DNA of 63,347 nucleotides, counting the filler, from Octopus bimaculoides (lineage: Eukaryota): the NCBI RefSeq assembly GCF_001194135.2. It is 7 parts of 7 records of this genome, joined end to end, with 100 filler letters (N's around TTAATTAATTAA, not from the genome) between each part and the next. Parts side by side here need not be neighbours in the genome. Positions count along the whole stretch, not along the records: positions 7,224 to 38,664 come from NC_068986.1; 6 more parts are not named here. One strand, written 5' to 3'. Below are positions 12,715-26,730 of the stretch, piece by piece (the first letter of the stretch is position 1; the number at the start of each line of letters is the position of its first letter). The position numbers and the translations under genes are program-made. The notes beneath the pieces are model-generated. The model ran no database searches. It was given only the letters and a program-made list of their open reading frames with translations, and was not told the origin of the DNA.

Positions 12715-14030
12715 TGTTGAGCTAAATACCATTAGTTCTGTCACAGCTATCATCATTTTATGTCAAACATTTTGACGAGGTACAAAGTCAGTTTTCGTAC
12801 AGAATTGAATTCACCCTAATACATTATGACAATTTATTTTTTATTGATTTTTCAAACCTAACATAATATCATAATCATGATCATAGAGAAATTTGAACTC
12901 AGATACTTTGGTGCTCATTTTTTTTGTTTTTTGTTTTTTTCTTTTGCCAACTCACAGCACAAACAACTTAATCATATAAATATTTTATTTGTTCATTCAT
13001 CTTCCCCAATTCAGTTGTACCCCATCATTTTGCTTTTCACTTGTTCACTCCTCATCAGCTGCCTATCATGGTGTATGTAAGGTGTGTATAAAATGCAATG
13101 TTTGTGCATGTATGTGAGTGTGTATTTTTTTTTTATCTCTTAATCGGGAGAAAAGATAATGTCTATGTCCCTTAATAGGTTGCTAAGACCAATGGAAAAG
13201 AGGAAGGAAGTTATCCTCAAACTGAGGGCCTGTTCCAAATGCTTGCTACAGAATTAGTCCTACTAAAGGTATTCAAGAGCCAGATAATTGTGCTACAGGT
13301 GCCAGATGCTAGTATTAAACTGAACAGTGGATTAAGTCTACCATCTAAGTAGGCCATAACAGGATTTGAATTCCAAATGCAAAAATTCAAAACAAATACC
13401 AGAAGACTTCCTGACCAATGCTCTAATGTTTTTACCAGTCCACTGCCATTGACAGTTGCTTTATTTCAATGGTCTCAATCTATTTTGCACTATGGACTGG
13501 TTTCATGTTAGATCATTTTTTCACAGTCCTGGCTATCACACGCATAACAAAACACAAAGTGTATAATAAATAATTTAATTACTACATATATATTGCAAAA
13601 ACACTCTACAGACTCTGACAGTCAAAAAAAAAGAAATAAAAGTTTTAAATTTATTCTTTCTGTGTGGCCCAATACCAAATGATCCATGGCCCAGTACTTG
13701 TCTACAGCCTGCTATTTGGAGACCCCTGCTTTATTTTATCATCCCAGGAAGGATGAAATGCAAACTTGACCATGGCAAGATTTGAAGTCAAACTAAATGC
13801 CACTGTACGTCATGTTCTAACTGACTCTCTGCCACTTGAATTTGCTACCTATTTACTTATATGATCACAAGAGATTAGTTTGATTGAATTTTTTTAATGG
13901 TATAGTCACGTTTTTCGAGACTTCCCCCACTAGACTAGTAGCTGTTATGCTTAGATCAAAGACCTGTCTAACAGGCACACATTACCAAAGGTATGTGAGC
14001 TTTGTCATTGTCATCCTCCCTTTACCTCTG

Positions 14031-14257
14031 TTAACCCTTTAGTGTTCAGATTACTCTATCAAATGTAATGCTTTTTTATTAAAATTGTTTTGAATTAATC
14101 ATGTATTTTATTATAGCCTTGAGGTTTCAATGGTGTGATTATTTATTTTTAGAATGTAATGTAGACCATGTGAGAAAGATTAAATATGACCAGTTCGAAT
14201 ATAAAACATGTAGAGTATTTGAGCTGGATTTAGCCAGTTTAAATGCTAAAGGGTTAA
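14031..14257. mobile_element. piggyBac-type MITE (TTAA-flanked); second, right-degenerate copy at 19041-19262
   Basis: TTAA|CCCTTTAGTGTT ... AAATGCTAAAGGG|TTAA: TTAA on both sides and CCCT-initiated terminal inverted repeats; 219-bp body. Confidence 0.85.
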
Positions 14258-16094
14258 ACAGCCAAATGCTAAGTATGCCTACCATAACATGAAATTCACA
14301 AGAAAAGAAAATCTACAAGCAATGGCATTCTTCGTTATGTTGATTCTTGTGGTGCATAATTATAGTGTCTCTTGGAGTTTGAACAATCTAGCAGAAACAT
14401 AACCTGTTACAATTGTGTTGTTAGAAGTTCACTTTCCAGCCATGTGCTTTCGAGTTTAGTTCGGTTGTGTAGCACTTGTGCAAGTGTCTTCTACGTAAGG
14501 GACCAACCAAAGCCTTGTGAACTGATTTGGGAACAGAAGCTCATAGTATGTGTGTGTGTGTGTGTGTGTGTCTGTGTGTTGTGAATGTGTGTATGTTTGT
14601 GAGTTTGTGTGTGTACACTGTATAAGTGCATGCACATGTATGTGTTCATATGTTTATTTGTATTTGCACTTCTCTGAAAATTGCAAGCAATATGTGATGT
14701 TGCACAGCACCTTCCAACAAATCACTCACTGGCTTTGCACCTTTGAAGGCATGTGAAATAAGAGCTCCTTTACTTGAAAAACAGGTAAGAATTAGTGACA
14801 AGAAGGGCATCTGGCTATAAAAACAATGCCTCAATAAAATATTCTGAGCCATGCTAGCATGGAAGTATGGAAAAACAGGCATAAACAAACAAAATGTGTG
14901 TGTGTGTGTGTGTAAAAAGAAGATGCAGTTCCTTTTGCACACACTTTCATACAAGGTGGTGGCATCATCATTGTTGTTGATGATGATGATAATAATAAGT
15001 AGAAAAATGGTAGCAGTAGCAGTGGCAACAATGATGACAATGATAACGATGATCTTCTGCTCAAACTTTGCAAATAAATGGAGACAAACCATAGTTGAAG
15101 GGATTTGCAGTTCTGAGGATAGAGATTTGGTGAGAATGTTTAATGAGTTGAAACTACTCTTTAAACACGGAATACAATAGAGGTGCGGAAAATAAAAGTC
15201 GATTCAATAGTACACAGCTTGCTTGTTCAGAGGAGTCAAAACTGTTGAAGCAAATGTAAAAAAGATAGAAAGGAGAATAGGAATACAGTGGTGTATTTGC
15301 AAGTGAAGGTTTGGTCATCAGTGGAATGACCATTTTGAAGATATGGTCAAGAAGTTTTATATGAATAGTAGAATAGTAACTGCCTCCTGTGTGTTGAGAC
15401 TGACAGAGCATGAAAGGAATTGGCTGACGTGTGCTGAATATAAATAACATATTGATATGGACATGTGGTGTGAATGGATGGTATATTTCTGGGGGGAAAT
15501 GTGATGTAATGGAATGCTGGAAAACACACATAGTCAAGTTAGGCTAAGGAGGACTTTAGAAAAAGTGATTAGATTAGATTAGATCTAATTACACTGAGCT
15601 TTACTAATGAGATGATGAGGGATTGAAATGCATAGAAAATACTGTATCAAAGCCTCATGCCAAATATTTACAAGGTACTGATGGTAATAAGAGAAAGAGA
15701 TCTAGCATATCAATTTCTTTGTATACTTGCAATTAATTTTGTTAGAGATAAAGGAAATAGACAACAGACTCAGATTTCATAAAACTAATGGTATTTATTT
15801 TCTTCTCCCATGAGATGTGAAATACATAGTCAAAATTGAAACTGAGACTAATGAGTCAATTAGCTCAGTGCTGTTAAGTAGCCAGTCTAGCATATTAACA
15901 CTTGCCGTAAGTCTAGCACTTTACAGAATGGAAAAAGCATCTGTGATGCAGTAATTATTTGTTGATAAGGAGGCTGAAAAAGAAGATACAAATTCTTGTA
16001 GTCATTGCCTTGTGGAATGACACAAATCCATTCCACAACAGTGTCTGTTCAGCTACCCTCTCCATTATCACCCACAATAATATTTTCTGGTGAG

Positions 16095-16200
16095 AAAATC
16101 TCCACAGGTTCTCTGCATTTAGTGTCCATGACGTTCTACTATGTAGCATTGCAGTTCATATACAAGCATTATACAGTCTGCCTTTCACTCTGAAAGAAAC
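16095..16200 (-). mobile_element. Short RTE LINE remnant
   Basis: FRVKGRLYNACI*TAMLHSRTSW matches LRVKGRLYDACV..AMLHGSET of the 49.6-kb RTE. Confidence 0.7.
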
Positions 16201-16249
16201 CTTTTGTGACCATCAGAGATAATAGCTTCCTGAATTTTCTTCATCCTAT

Positions 16250-17120
16250 TCTTATACATGTTTGTGTGTGTACATATACAGACTCACACTCCTACCTTAA
16301 CTTCTCTTCCTCCCACCCTACCCACACTAAGCTCTCCATCCCCTTCTCCCAATTCCCCCGTCTACTCGGGCTCTGCAGTGACAATTATGACTTTGAGACC
16401 CAGTCTCAACTCATGGCTCACCACTTCACCCTACATAGATATTCCCTCACCATTATCCACATTGCCCTTGTCTGGGCATGATCTGTGGACCATGCCTCTG
16501 CTCGTTCTCCTTGCACCTGCCCCACCCCTAACCCATCTCCCATTTCCCCTCACCTAACACCCTACTCCTCCAATGCACCATTCTCCGAGCCTTCCAGTGA
16601 CTCCAGTCCAACCTTTCCACGTTGCACATCTTCCCTAACACACCCCTTCCCTCCTTCAAATGAACCCATAACCTGCATGGCCTTCCCTTTCCCTACTTCC
16701 CAGCCTGGCTCCTTCCCCTGTTCTTGTCCACACTGTCACACCTGCCACTACCTCTCCAACATCATTATCCTCACTGGCACCCACCACCATCCCTATCACA
16801 TCACCAACTCCTTTACCCGCAACTCCAGTAATGCATCTCCTGCTATCTCTGTCTTACCCTGTACATTGGTCAAACGGGACACCGCTTGGCAACCAGTTCA
16901 CAGAGCACCTCCAAGACATCAGACTTGATAATGACACCCTAGTCACACACCACTTCTGCTCTACCGGTCACTCACTATAATATCTGTCCATGTTCAGACT
17001 GTCTCTGCACAGGAGTCACCTGGACTCTCACCTTCTCCATGAACAAGAGTTAATCTTCTTCTTCGTTCCTTTGCACCTCATGGAGCTCAACTTGCTACCT
17101 CTCTTCATCTGGCACCAACC
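16250..17120 (+). mobile_element. Decayed Penelope-like element 3' part (GIY-YIG)
   Basis: FPCSCPHCHTC zinc motif, then with frameshifts LYIGQTGHRLAT.FTEHLQDIRLDNDTLVTHHFCSTGHS. Confidence 0.8.
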
Positions 17121-17199
17121 CCACACAGATTCCCACAAACCTCCCACATTCAACTACCCTCCCCTCCACCAACACACCTGCATACCGCTACCTCAGTAC

Positions 17200-17657
17200 C
17201 CTCACCACATACACCACTATATAACTACCCATGCATGCTGCTCAACTCATTACTCACTTCACTCACACACCCACAAACACCTTCCCACTCCACACACACT
17301 AGCACCCACACCACACACCATTATCCACACACACACACTCTTTAATAGTGTCACCACACATACCACTATATGAGCACCCCTACACACTGTTTAACTCAGT
17401 ACACACACCACATACCATGCACACTCCCACACCCACACAAGCACATAATGCCTGAACACAGACAATATATACACACATATGCAACATGCATAAACATGCA
17501 ACATGCATAAACACATGCAACATGCATTGATGCATAACTTTCACCCACGGACATAAACTATACATTTGCACACTATTATATTGACACAGATACACATATA
17601 CATGTACACCCCACCAGAACAAGCACACATCAACTGCTAAGTACAAGTGTTTGTGCA

Positions 17658-17691
<34 letters not shown>

Positions 17692-18030
17692 CACATGTCC
17701 ATACACATACCTACACATATACACACGTCCATACACAAATATACAAAATGGACATCATTTCACACAACACATATACTAGGTTACTTGTGCACATACACAC
17801 TCATACCCAGGCCAATGCATTTGCACACACACATATGTACATACATCTATACACACACACACACATACATACCAGTACATGTAATGCACTGGGTCACTTA
17901 CACACATACACACACACAAGTCCACATATTTTTCAGCTCACCCACACATACATACTCACACATTCACCCCCATTCATGCATTCACACTCACACACACCAT
18001 TCTCACATACACACACACACACATGCAAGA
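17200..18030. repeat. Degenerate CA-rich low-complexity tract (similar tracts at 1-480 and 55230-55760)
   Basis: Imperfect (CA)n/(CATA)n; produces His/Thr or Cys/Val pseudo-ORFs. Confidence 0.9.
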
Positions 18031-19789
18031 GCAAATTTGTTCAGCCAGATCACCATTATTATCTCCCTTTCATTCAGCCTCTTTCTTCTGGCCAGTTCAT
18101 CATGTTGAACTCTTAATCCCTACACATTTTTGTCCTCTCTCTGTTTTCTTTCATTCTCCTTTTTATTTGGAGGGCGGCGGGGAGAAAATGATGGAGGACA
18201 GGTGGAAGTCTTTCCGAACTTGACCATCACAAACTGTTGACATACCCATTGACACTTGTTCCATACAGTATTGAATTGTCAGATGGATTTTTAGCAAAAA
18301 CAGACAAATCGAAAGGCTTTGATCCATGAGTTCATATTTGTCTTACCATGTACTCTTATAAAGCTTTCATAGTTACAAGTGTACAAGCTATTATGTTATA
18401 ACCAAAGCTCTCTTTTCTGTTGTATGTTTTCTAACTTAACATGTTGCTCTGGTCCTTCATTGTATGGAACTAGTCATGTGGTGTTATACTTGTATAACTA
18501 GTGTCACCACTAATCAGTCATAAATTTAACAAAGTTGTGGATAATATCAGTCATATGATATTTATTTAATGGCAAGCTGAGTTGTTGTGTTCCGCTCATG
18601 GTAAGGATATTTAAAATTTTAGCATTTTTTTGTAATATATATTAGTATTAGTTAAGTGTTAAGGAAGTTATATTTGATTAAGCTGATTTAAAAAGAAAAT
18701 AATGTTTATCTTCTTCATTGCCTTAATATCAGTTAATGAGTGGATTGCTTGTTTAAATTTAAGTCTTTGTATTGATTTCTTTCCATAATGTTTGTTTTCA
18801 TTTTTGACTAATGTTTGTTTTAAACTCTAGATTTCTTTTTATGGCACACTTTTTGGGGAGGAGATTTTAAATGCACTTAACTACTAACATATTATGTCTT
18901 CATGCAACTATAGACTTTTGCTTATATCTATAGATACAAACAAGCATAAAATATCTATTGCATTTTTTTAATCTCTTTATCAGCATTTTAAAATGAAATT
19001 GTTGTGTTGCTAAAATTTCCTACATAAACTATTCCTAGTATTAACCCTTTAGCATTCAGATTTCTTTGTCAAATGTAATATTTATTTATTCACATTATTT
19101 TGAATTAATCACACATGATTTTGTAGATTCAAGATTTCAATGGAGTGTTTGCATACTTTTAGAATGATATTATAGGGTTAGTGTGAGAGGTTAGATCTGG
19201 TCAGTTTTAACATAAAATAGGTATAATATTTGGGCTGGATATTGCTACATTATATACTAAAGAGATATGAAGTTGGAGATACTTCCTAAGATGTTTCCTT
19301 TTCTTTTATGAAGAATATATCATCAACACATGTAAAAGGTATGTTTTTGCTAGCCATGTAGGATGGCCAACATCCTTAATAGAAATCTGAAGATAGTAGA
19401 CAGCAACCTGACTACTATTACAATTAACTCTACAGCTGTAAAAGGTCCTTGTTGTGGTATAGGTGTAAAATGTTAACACAAGTAGCATTTAAGATTTATG
19501 ACAGCTGTTTCAGTAGAGTTCTATTAATGCATTCATATTTATTCCTTTGTATAGTGTTCCACCCTTCTGATCATATTATTATTTTTATAAAGGCCTTTAT
19601 GTAAATAGTCCTCCTAATTATGTACCCATAGGAAACTATATTATCATGTATCTATTAGCATAGGAAACTTTACAACTTTATTATGTAGCGGCACAGGCAG
19701 TCAGCGCCATATTGAATGAGATCTCGCAGAAGTCATTGCCATCTCCGAGACAGTTTATGTGTGTGTGTGTATGTATATATATGTATATA

Positions 19790-19834
<45 letters not shown>

Positions 19835-20029
19835 GTGATAGTTAGAATTTTGGATAATCCTTTATTAGCACTTTCATTTGTTTTCAAACTCGTCAAGACA
19901 AAATCAAAGTCAAAATGGTAAAAACAGAATGTTTCATTGTTCATTTATATGAATTGGTTTTGTTTAGAAAAGAATATTGTTTTTGTTTTTTGACAACAGT
20001 CCAGATACTTATTAACCAAACTACATATA

Positions 20030-20273
20030 TATTGGGTTGGTGCATAATTATTGCGGCTTTTTTTTTTCAACAAATTTTATTCAACACAAACAAGAACAAT
20101 ATTTAACAAGAACATCTTTAAATGATGGTCTGACCATCTGCCAAGCAAATGGGAAGCAGTAATTGAAGTAAATGGTGATTATTCTCCGGAATAATCATTT
20201 AAAGGTGTTGTTATTGTTTTTGTTGAATAAAATTTGTTGAAAAAAGCCACAATAATTATGCACCAAGCCAATA
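20030..20273. mobile_element. Mariner-derived fold-back MITE
   Basis: TA|TATTGGGTTGGTGCATAATTATTGCGGC ... GCCACAATAATTATGCACCAAGCCAATA|TA; inverted arms extend ~100 bp inward. Confidence 0.88.
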
Positions 20274-20742
20274 TAAGATCGAGATTTTTACAACTGTTGT
20301 TCTTATAGAACCTACATATAGCTGAGAAAGAATACTAGAACCATTTTACCACCGATTAGGAAAGATATCTAATGTAGCTACTTGGCAAAGTAATTTATGA
20401 TTCTGACTTTAGTTTCATAATTTATGAATATTGTGCTGATATTTAATGCTTGTTCATCTAAAACATAGAATTACACAGAATATGGGACTTGGCTAAACAG
20501 TGTAAAAGAATATACATTTTCATAGGACTTTGAACTCCTTTTTATTTTTCAGTGATGATTGTACCCTCCCTGCTTTTCTTATTTCTCCCATCCTACTTCC
20601 TAAAATTGACACCTTTGAAAGGTCACCAGCCCTTGTGGGAAAATGTGTTTATTTACAAATATGTTGATAGGTATACAATGGAAAAAGAAAAACACTTTGT
20701 AATGAAATTTCAATGAATTGACCACACCAAATTGAAAAGAAA

Positions 20743-20815
<73 letters not shown>

Positions 20816-21074
20816 TTTCCATATCCTTTATTATTATCATTTTTTCTCCTCTTTCTTGATTGTCCTAAAACCTATCTCTCTATCTATTCACCCACCACCA
20901 CTTTGCTTCCTTTCTCTCTCTCTCCTTTTTTCCAGACAAACAAAAACAATATTCTCCTCTTCTAAACAAAAGAAATAAACATCCAATTCATATAAATGAA
21001 CAATGAAACATTCTGTTTTTACCATTTTGATTTTGATTCTGATTTTGTCTTGACAATTTCGTAAACAAAAATAC

Positions 21075-22050
21075 TCCTTCAGTACTGATCTGACTCGTCT
21101 ACAGAATTCATATTTTTTCCATCCAAAAGATTTTGAAAATGACGGAATAAATGATAATCAGATGGGGCAATGTCCAGCAAATATGGTGGGTGGGACATCA
21201 TTTCCCATTCAGACTGCTCCAGTCTTTGGAATATCATCCTTGCTGTATGTGGCCAAACATTGTTCTGATGGAAGAACACCTTTCATCTTGAAACCAAAGA
21301 TGGTCATTTTTCTTCTAGTGCTGACTTAAGCTGCTCATACTGTTCACAATAGATTTCCTTTGTTATCGTTTGTTTTGGGTTTAAAAGTTCAAAGTGGACT
21401 GAACCTTTCAAATCCCACCAAACAACAAAACCTTACGTTGGTGAAGACCTGCTTTAGCCTGGGGTGCCGGTGTTTCTCCTATCCCTACCCACTTTCTTTG
21501 GCTCTTGACATTTTTATAGAGATCCCATTTCTTATCACTAGTCACTATTCGGTCCAAAAAAGGTTAACTCGTGAGACATGACAACAAAGAAGAGCACGCA
21601 TTCACACTCTGCGCACGAGTAGACGTGAAAAGTTTGTGAAGAGCCCATTGACCAAATTTGCTGACTTTTCCGACGGCATGCAAATGTCAATGAATGGTTG
21701 AATAACCAAACCCAAGCTTCTTTGCTAGTTCCTCAACAGTTATGATGGGATTTTGTTCCACCAGTGTTTGCGGGACGTCCTTTCAAGATCTTCCAGGATG
21801 AGACTCATCTTCCAGGTTGTAGTTTACAGCTCAGAATTTCTGGAACCACCATTGACACTGGCTTACACTTATTGTCTGATCTCCATATACTGCATTAATA
21901 TTCCTCGCACTTTCCGTTGTGTTGTTACCTTTATTGAACTCATATATCAAAATATGCCGAATATGCTCATTTGTCACTTCCATTATAGCCTTGAAAAAAT
22001 AACTTTTAAAATTGAACTGCACACTTCAAAACGTGCACTAAGAATAAGTA
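21075..22050 (-). mobile_element. Decayed mariner transposase
   Basis: N-terminal HTH HIRHILIYEFNKG...WFQKF and HPPYLLDIAPSDYHLF (YSPDLAPSDY motif). Confidence 0.9.
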
Positions 22051-22784
22051 CAAGGTAAAATTACTACCTGTTTTTATAGCAAGATGATGCAGGTAGTTTA
22101 TCCTGTCACATTATTTATGGGATATATATATATAGTAGATTCTATAAGGATTGTCTACATGTGTGACATGTAAGATGCACATAGGCATGGCTATGTGGTT
22201 AAGAAGCTTGCTTCTTAACCATGTGGTCATGGGTTCAATCTCACTGAATAGCATTTTGAGGTATCTTCTACTATAGCTCCAGACCAACCAAAACCTTGAG
22301 TGTGGATTTAGTAGACAGAAAGCAGAAGAAGCCCATACATATATATGAGCATAAGTGTGTGTGTTTGAGTGCATGTGTACTCTTGTCATGTGATGCTTGT
22401 AAATGAACATCAGCATCATACAGCCTTCTGTGAAAAGTGCCTGACCATGAGAAAAATATTACCTTACCTTGAAATATGTGAGGCTGGTGACAAAAAGGGA
22501 ATTTGGCTGCAGAAAATCTGCATGAATAAATTTCGTCTGACCCAGGAAAGTATGGAAAATTATAATCATCGTTGTCATCTTGTAATGTCCATTTTCCATA
22601 CTGGCATAGGTTGGACAGTTTGACCAGAGCTGGCAGTCAGACAGCTACACCAGGTTTCAGTCTGATTTGGCTCAGTTTCTATTGCTGGATGCTCTTCTAA
22701 CGCCAACCACTTTACAGCATGTACTGGATGCTTTTAATGTGGTAATTGCATGTTAAAATGGATGTTAAAGGATGATGATAACAT

Positions 22785-22833
<49 letters not shown>

Positions 22834-23705
22834 TGTGTGTGTGTGTGTACGTGAATGTAGTTTATGCACGTCCACAAATTAGCACGCATGTCACTCCAAT
22901 TTTAGGAGGAGATTCGTCATGACCCTAGCTGCATTTTCGTCAACTTTTTCTCTCAGAGGTACCCGCATATAGCTGTAAAAATCGATTTTCAACCATAACT
23001 TTTACCAATTTCGAAGTTTGCGCCTGAAGAAGAGAGAGAGAAATTATATGTTTGTGAGAGGGAGGGTGAAGGAGAGATACATTTTGTTTGCCAGTGTCTA
23101 ACAAAAAAAAAGTAAAGAAAAAGTGGGAGAGGGTGCGATTTCTGAACAGTTGTGTGGTAAGCAGCAAACAACAAGCAAAAAGAAAAAAAATGCAGCACAA
23201 CACAAACAAAAAGAAAAAAATACCTTCTCTCTCTCTCCCTTACACACACATACCAGTTGTCTCTCTTTCTTTCTTTCTTTCTCTCTCTCCTTCTCTCACA
23301 CACACAGCAACATTACACACAAAACATGTTGCCAAAAAGAAATAGACGCTATCTTTTTATAGTGAGTATGCGAGACAGAAAGTGTGGTGTGTATGTGAAG
23401 TTCTTTTGTTAGTGTGAGAGAGCGGCATGTGTGTGTGTAATGTTGCTGTGTGTGTGAGACAGGGAGAGAGAGAGAGAGAGAGAGAAGGTGAGAGATAACT
23501 GGCGTGTGTGTAAGGGAGAGATAGAGAGGGAGAGCATGCTCTCTCTATCTCTTTCGCGTTCTTTCCCACTTCCCTAACTCAGAAACTTTTTACAGAAACT
23601 GCGGAATTGATGTAAACAAACCCAGGTGGTCTGATTTTCACGTTTCTAGGTATTGTACCATAAATCGCCATTTCCAAAATACATTTATTTTAAATCATTT
23701 ATCCG

Positions 23706-23745
<40 letters not shown>

Positions 23746-25380
23746 AAGCAAGATGTGTGTGTGTGTGTGTGTACGGGGATTTTAAGACTTTTGTTGGGTT
23801 TTTTTCTCCATCGAGGAAAAAAGTGTTTTGTTGGTATACGGGCAACACACACACATACGAACATGTATGCATACAAAAAATATGTATGTAATTGGTGTCC
23901 GTACATGTATGTGTGTATGTGTGTGTTGCTCATATATATATACATATATATATTTATATAGATAGGATGATAAATTGAATATTAATTCAATTTAAAACCA
24001 AGTGGCCTAGCATATAGAAAATCTGAAAATTCAGAAAAAATTGTATTACACGTGTATAATGGATGACCACTAGGTGGACATCCAATATGCTAGAAAGAGG
24101 TCATCAACGACCTAACCACAAAGAAAAATAATGTTCTCCAGAAAAATTTCGCAAAACGCCAGAACAGGACAAAATAAGAAATATACAGAATAAAGAATTA
24201 TCTATCAACTGCTATAGTTTTGAACATTAACGTTTTACTTACATAACATCCGTGTTCTCATANNNNNNNNNNNNNNNNNNNNNNNNNNNNNNNNNNNNNN
24301 NNNNNNNNNNNNNNNNNNNNNNNNNNNNNNNNNNNNNNNNNNNNNNNNNNNNNNNNNNNNNNNNNNNNNNNNNNNNNNNNNNNNNNNNNNNNNNNNNNNN
24401 NNNNNNNNNNNNNNNNNNNNNNNNNNNNNNNNNNNNNNNNNNNNNNNNNNNNNNNNNNNNNNNNNNNNNNNNNNATATATATATATATATATATACTTAA
24501 GACTTAGTTGTGATCTGAACAGAACTGCTTCTGACACAGAGAATCGGGAACCTTTTTGGTCATTCTATTTTCCTTGCTGGAAGGGTTCCTAACCCATGGG
24601 CAAAGAGGGGTTAGATGATGGCGGTGGTGTTTTCAAAGGGCTGGCATGTGTAACCTGATCACCTCTGCCGATCAAACTCCCAACACATACGCTGCAGTTG
24701 AAACACTGATTCTTCCCAAATTTGGCGTCATTTTACTTAGCTTGGTTTGAAATAAAGAACTTGATTAGCTTAGTAATCCCAACTTAATCCCGGGCAAAGC
24801 TGGGCTATACTGCTAGTACATATATAAAACAATATTAATAATAAGGATTACTACAAAGTTGCATAACATTACCATTAATTTATATACCGCCTTGCAAAGA
24901 CCAACACATGTTTCAATTGCACTGATTAGTAATTGCTGCAATTGCCACCCTACTATAAAACCGGTGTAGTTTTTTCAGGGTCTTTACTTGATATCCTTTG
25001 ATATGGCTTTTAAATATTTTCTTTTATCTACTCTGCATTGCAAAAATGTAGAGTTGTCTGTTAAGTTATATATATATATNNNNNNNNNNNNNNNNNNNNN
25101 NNNNNNNNNNNNNNNNNNNNNNNNNNNNNNNNNNNNNNNNNNNNNNNNNNNNNNNNNNNNNNNNNNNNNNNNNNNNNNNNNNNNNNNNNNNNNNNNNNNN
25201 NNNNNNNNNNNNNNNNNNNNNNNNNNNNNNNNNNNNNNNNNNNNNNNNNNNNNNNNNNNNNNNNNNNNNNNNNNNNNNNNNNNNNNNNNNNNNNNNNNNN
25301 NNNNNNNNNNNNNNNNNNNNNNNNNNNNNNNNNNNNNNNNNNNNNAAGCGATGTTGGGGGGGTGGATAAACACAGACACA

Positions 25381-25422
<42 letters not shown>

Positions 25423-26692
25423 CGACGGGCTTTTTCAGTTTCCGTCTACTAAATCCACTCACAAGGCTTTGGTCGGCCCGAGGCTATAGTAGAAAACAAT
25501 TGCCCAAGGTGCCACACAGTGGGAATGAACCCAGAACCATGTGGTTGGTAAGCAGAAGTGGATTCGATCCACCATAGCCAAATCTAAATTAACACTGCAA
25601 CAGAACTTTTCCCACGGTGGAACAATGGTTTTTCTCTGACAGCAATTTTACCTTTTCCAGATGTCTTTAGCTAGGTCGAAATAATGTCTTCACGACTTGA
25701 CCCTTTCTAACCTCTTCTACTTCACCAAAAGTTAGAATAGAGGTAACAAGACCACCAACTAAATCTATTGTTCTCAATGATATTTCTATCCTTCTAGATA
25801 GTTATAAAAGCAAGAAAACCCCAAGCAAAAATCAGTCAGCAGGCTAGTAATTAATTCTAGCCTGTATGGTCTGGCTAAGTCAAAATGATTTTTGGTATTT
25901 TTTCCTTTCCACTTGGAGAGTTTAAATGCAGTTACAAAAATGTCCTTCTGTTGAAATGAAATTTCAGTAAATTTCTATATCTTTGTGCAGTTGAGGATTG
26001 CTCTGCATTTTACATTTAATGTANNNNNNNNNNGTGCAGTTGAGGATTGCTCTGCATTTTACATTTAATGTAATGTTCACATTGCTTAAATAAATGGAGT
26101 CGCATGAAACAATTGTACTGCATTAACTTTGGTTACCTTTGTTGCTTATTTTGATTTTAATCACCTTATTTTGAAACTGTATGGATAATACCATACTTAA
26201 TTCTGGTGCCTAAACTTAAGTACCATATTCACCTTGAATCTATATATATACATATATGCCAACGTCGTCTCCTTCATTGGACATGAAACTCGGCTTGCAA
26301 AGAGCAGTTGGGGCAAGCGAAAGTGAAATCATGATGGCACCTGTGCCTAGGATCGCCTTTCTGGCACTTGTGCCCGTGGCCATGTGTAAGGACTTTTGAG
26401 CGAGATCATTGCCAGTGCCGCTGGACTGGCTCTTGTGCGGGTGACATGTAAAATACACCATTTCGAGCGTGGCCATTGCCAGTACCGCCTGACTGGCCTT
26501 CATGCTGGTGGCACATAAAAGCACCCACTACACTCTCGGAGTGGTTGGCGTTAGGAAGGGCATCCAGCTGTAGAAACTCTGCCAAATCAGATTGGAGCCT
26601 GGTGTAGCCATCTGGTTTCACCAGTCCTCAGTCAAATCGTCCAACCCATGCTAGCATGGAAAGCGGACATTAAACGATGATGGTGATGAGGA

Positions 26693-26730
<38 letters not shown>

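Noticed and set aside
15150-15520. Possible very old GIY-YIG remnant (minus strand YVIYI...GHSTDD)
   Set aside because: Too degenerate to call without a profile search.
25640-25795. Minus-strand protein-like frame IEISLRTIDLVGGLVTSILTFGEVEEVRKG with possible splice sites
   Set aside because: Every frame stops before the candidate donor, and it has no ANL motifs, so it is not the missing exon.
25985-26072. 39-bp direct repeat gtgcagttgaggattgctctgcattttacatttaatgta
   Set aside because: The copies sit exactly on either side of a 10-N gap; most likely unmerged overlapping contig ends.
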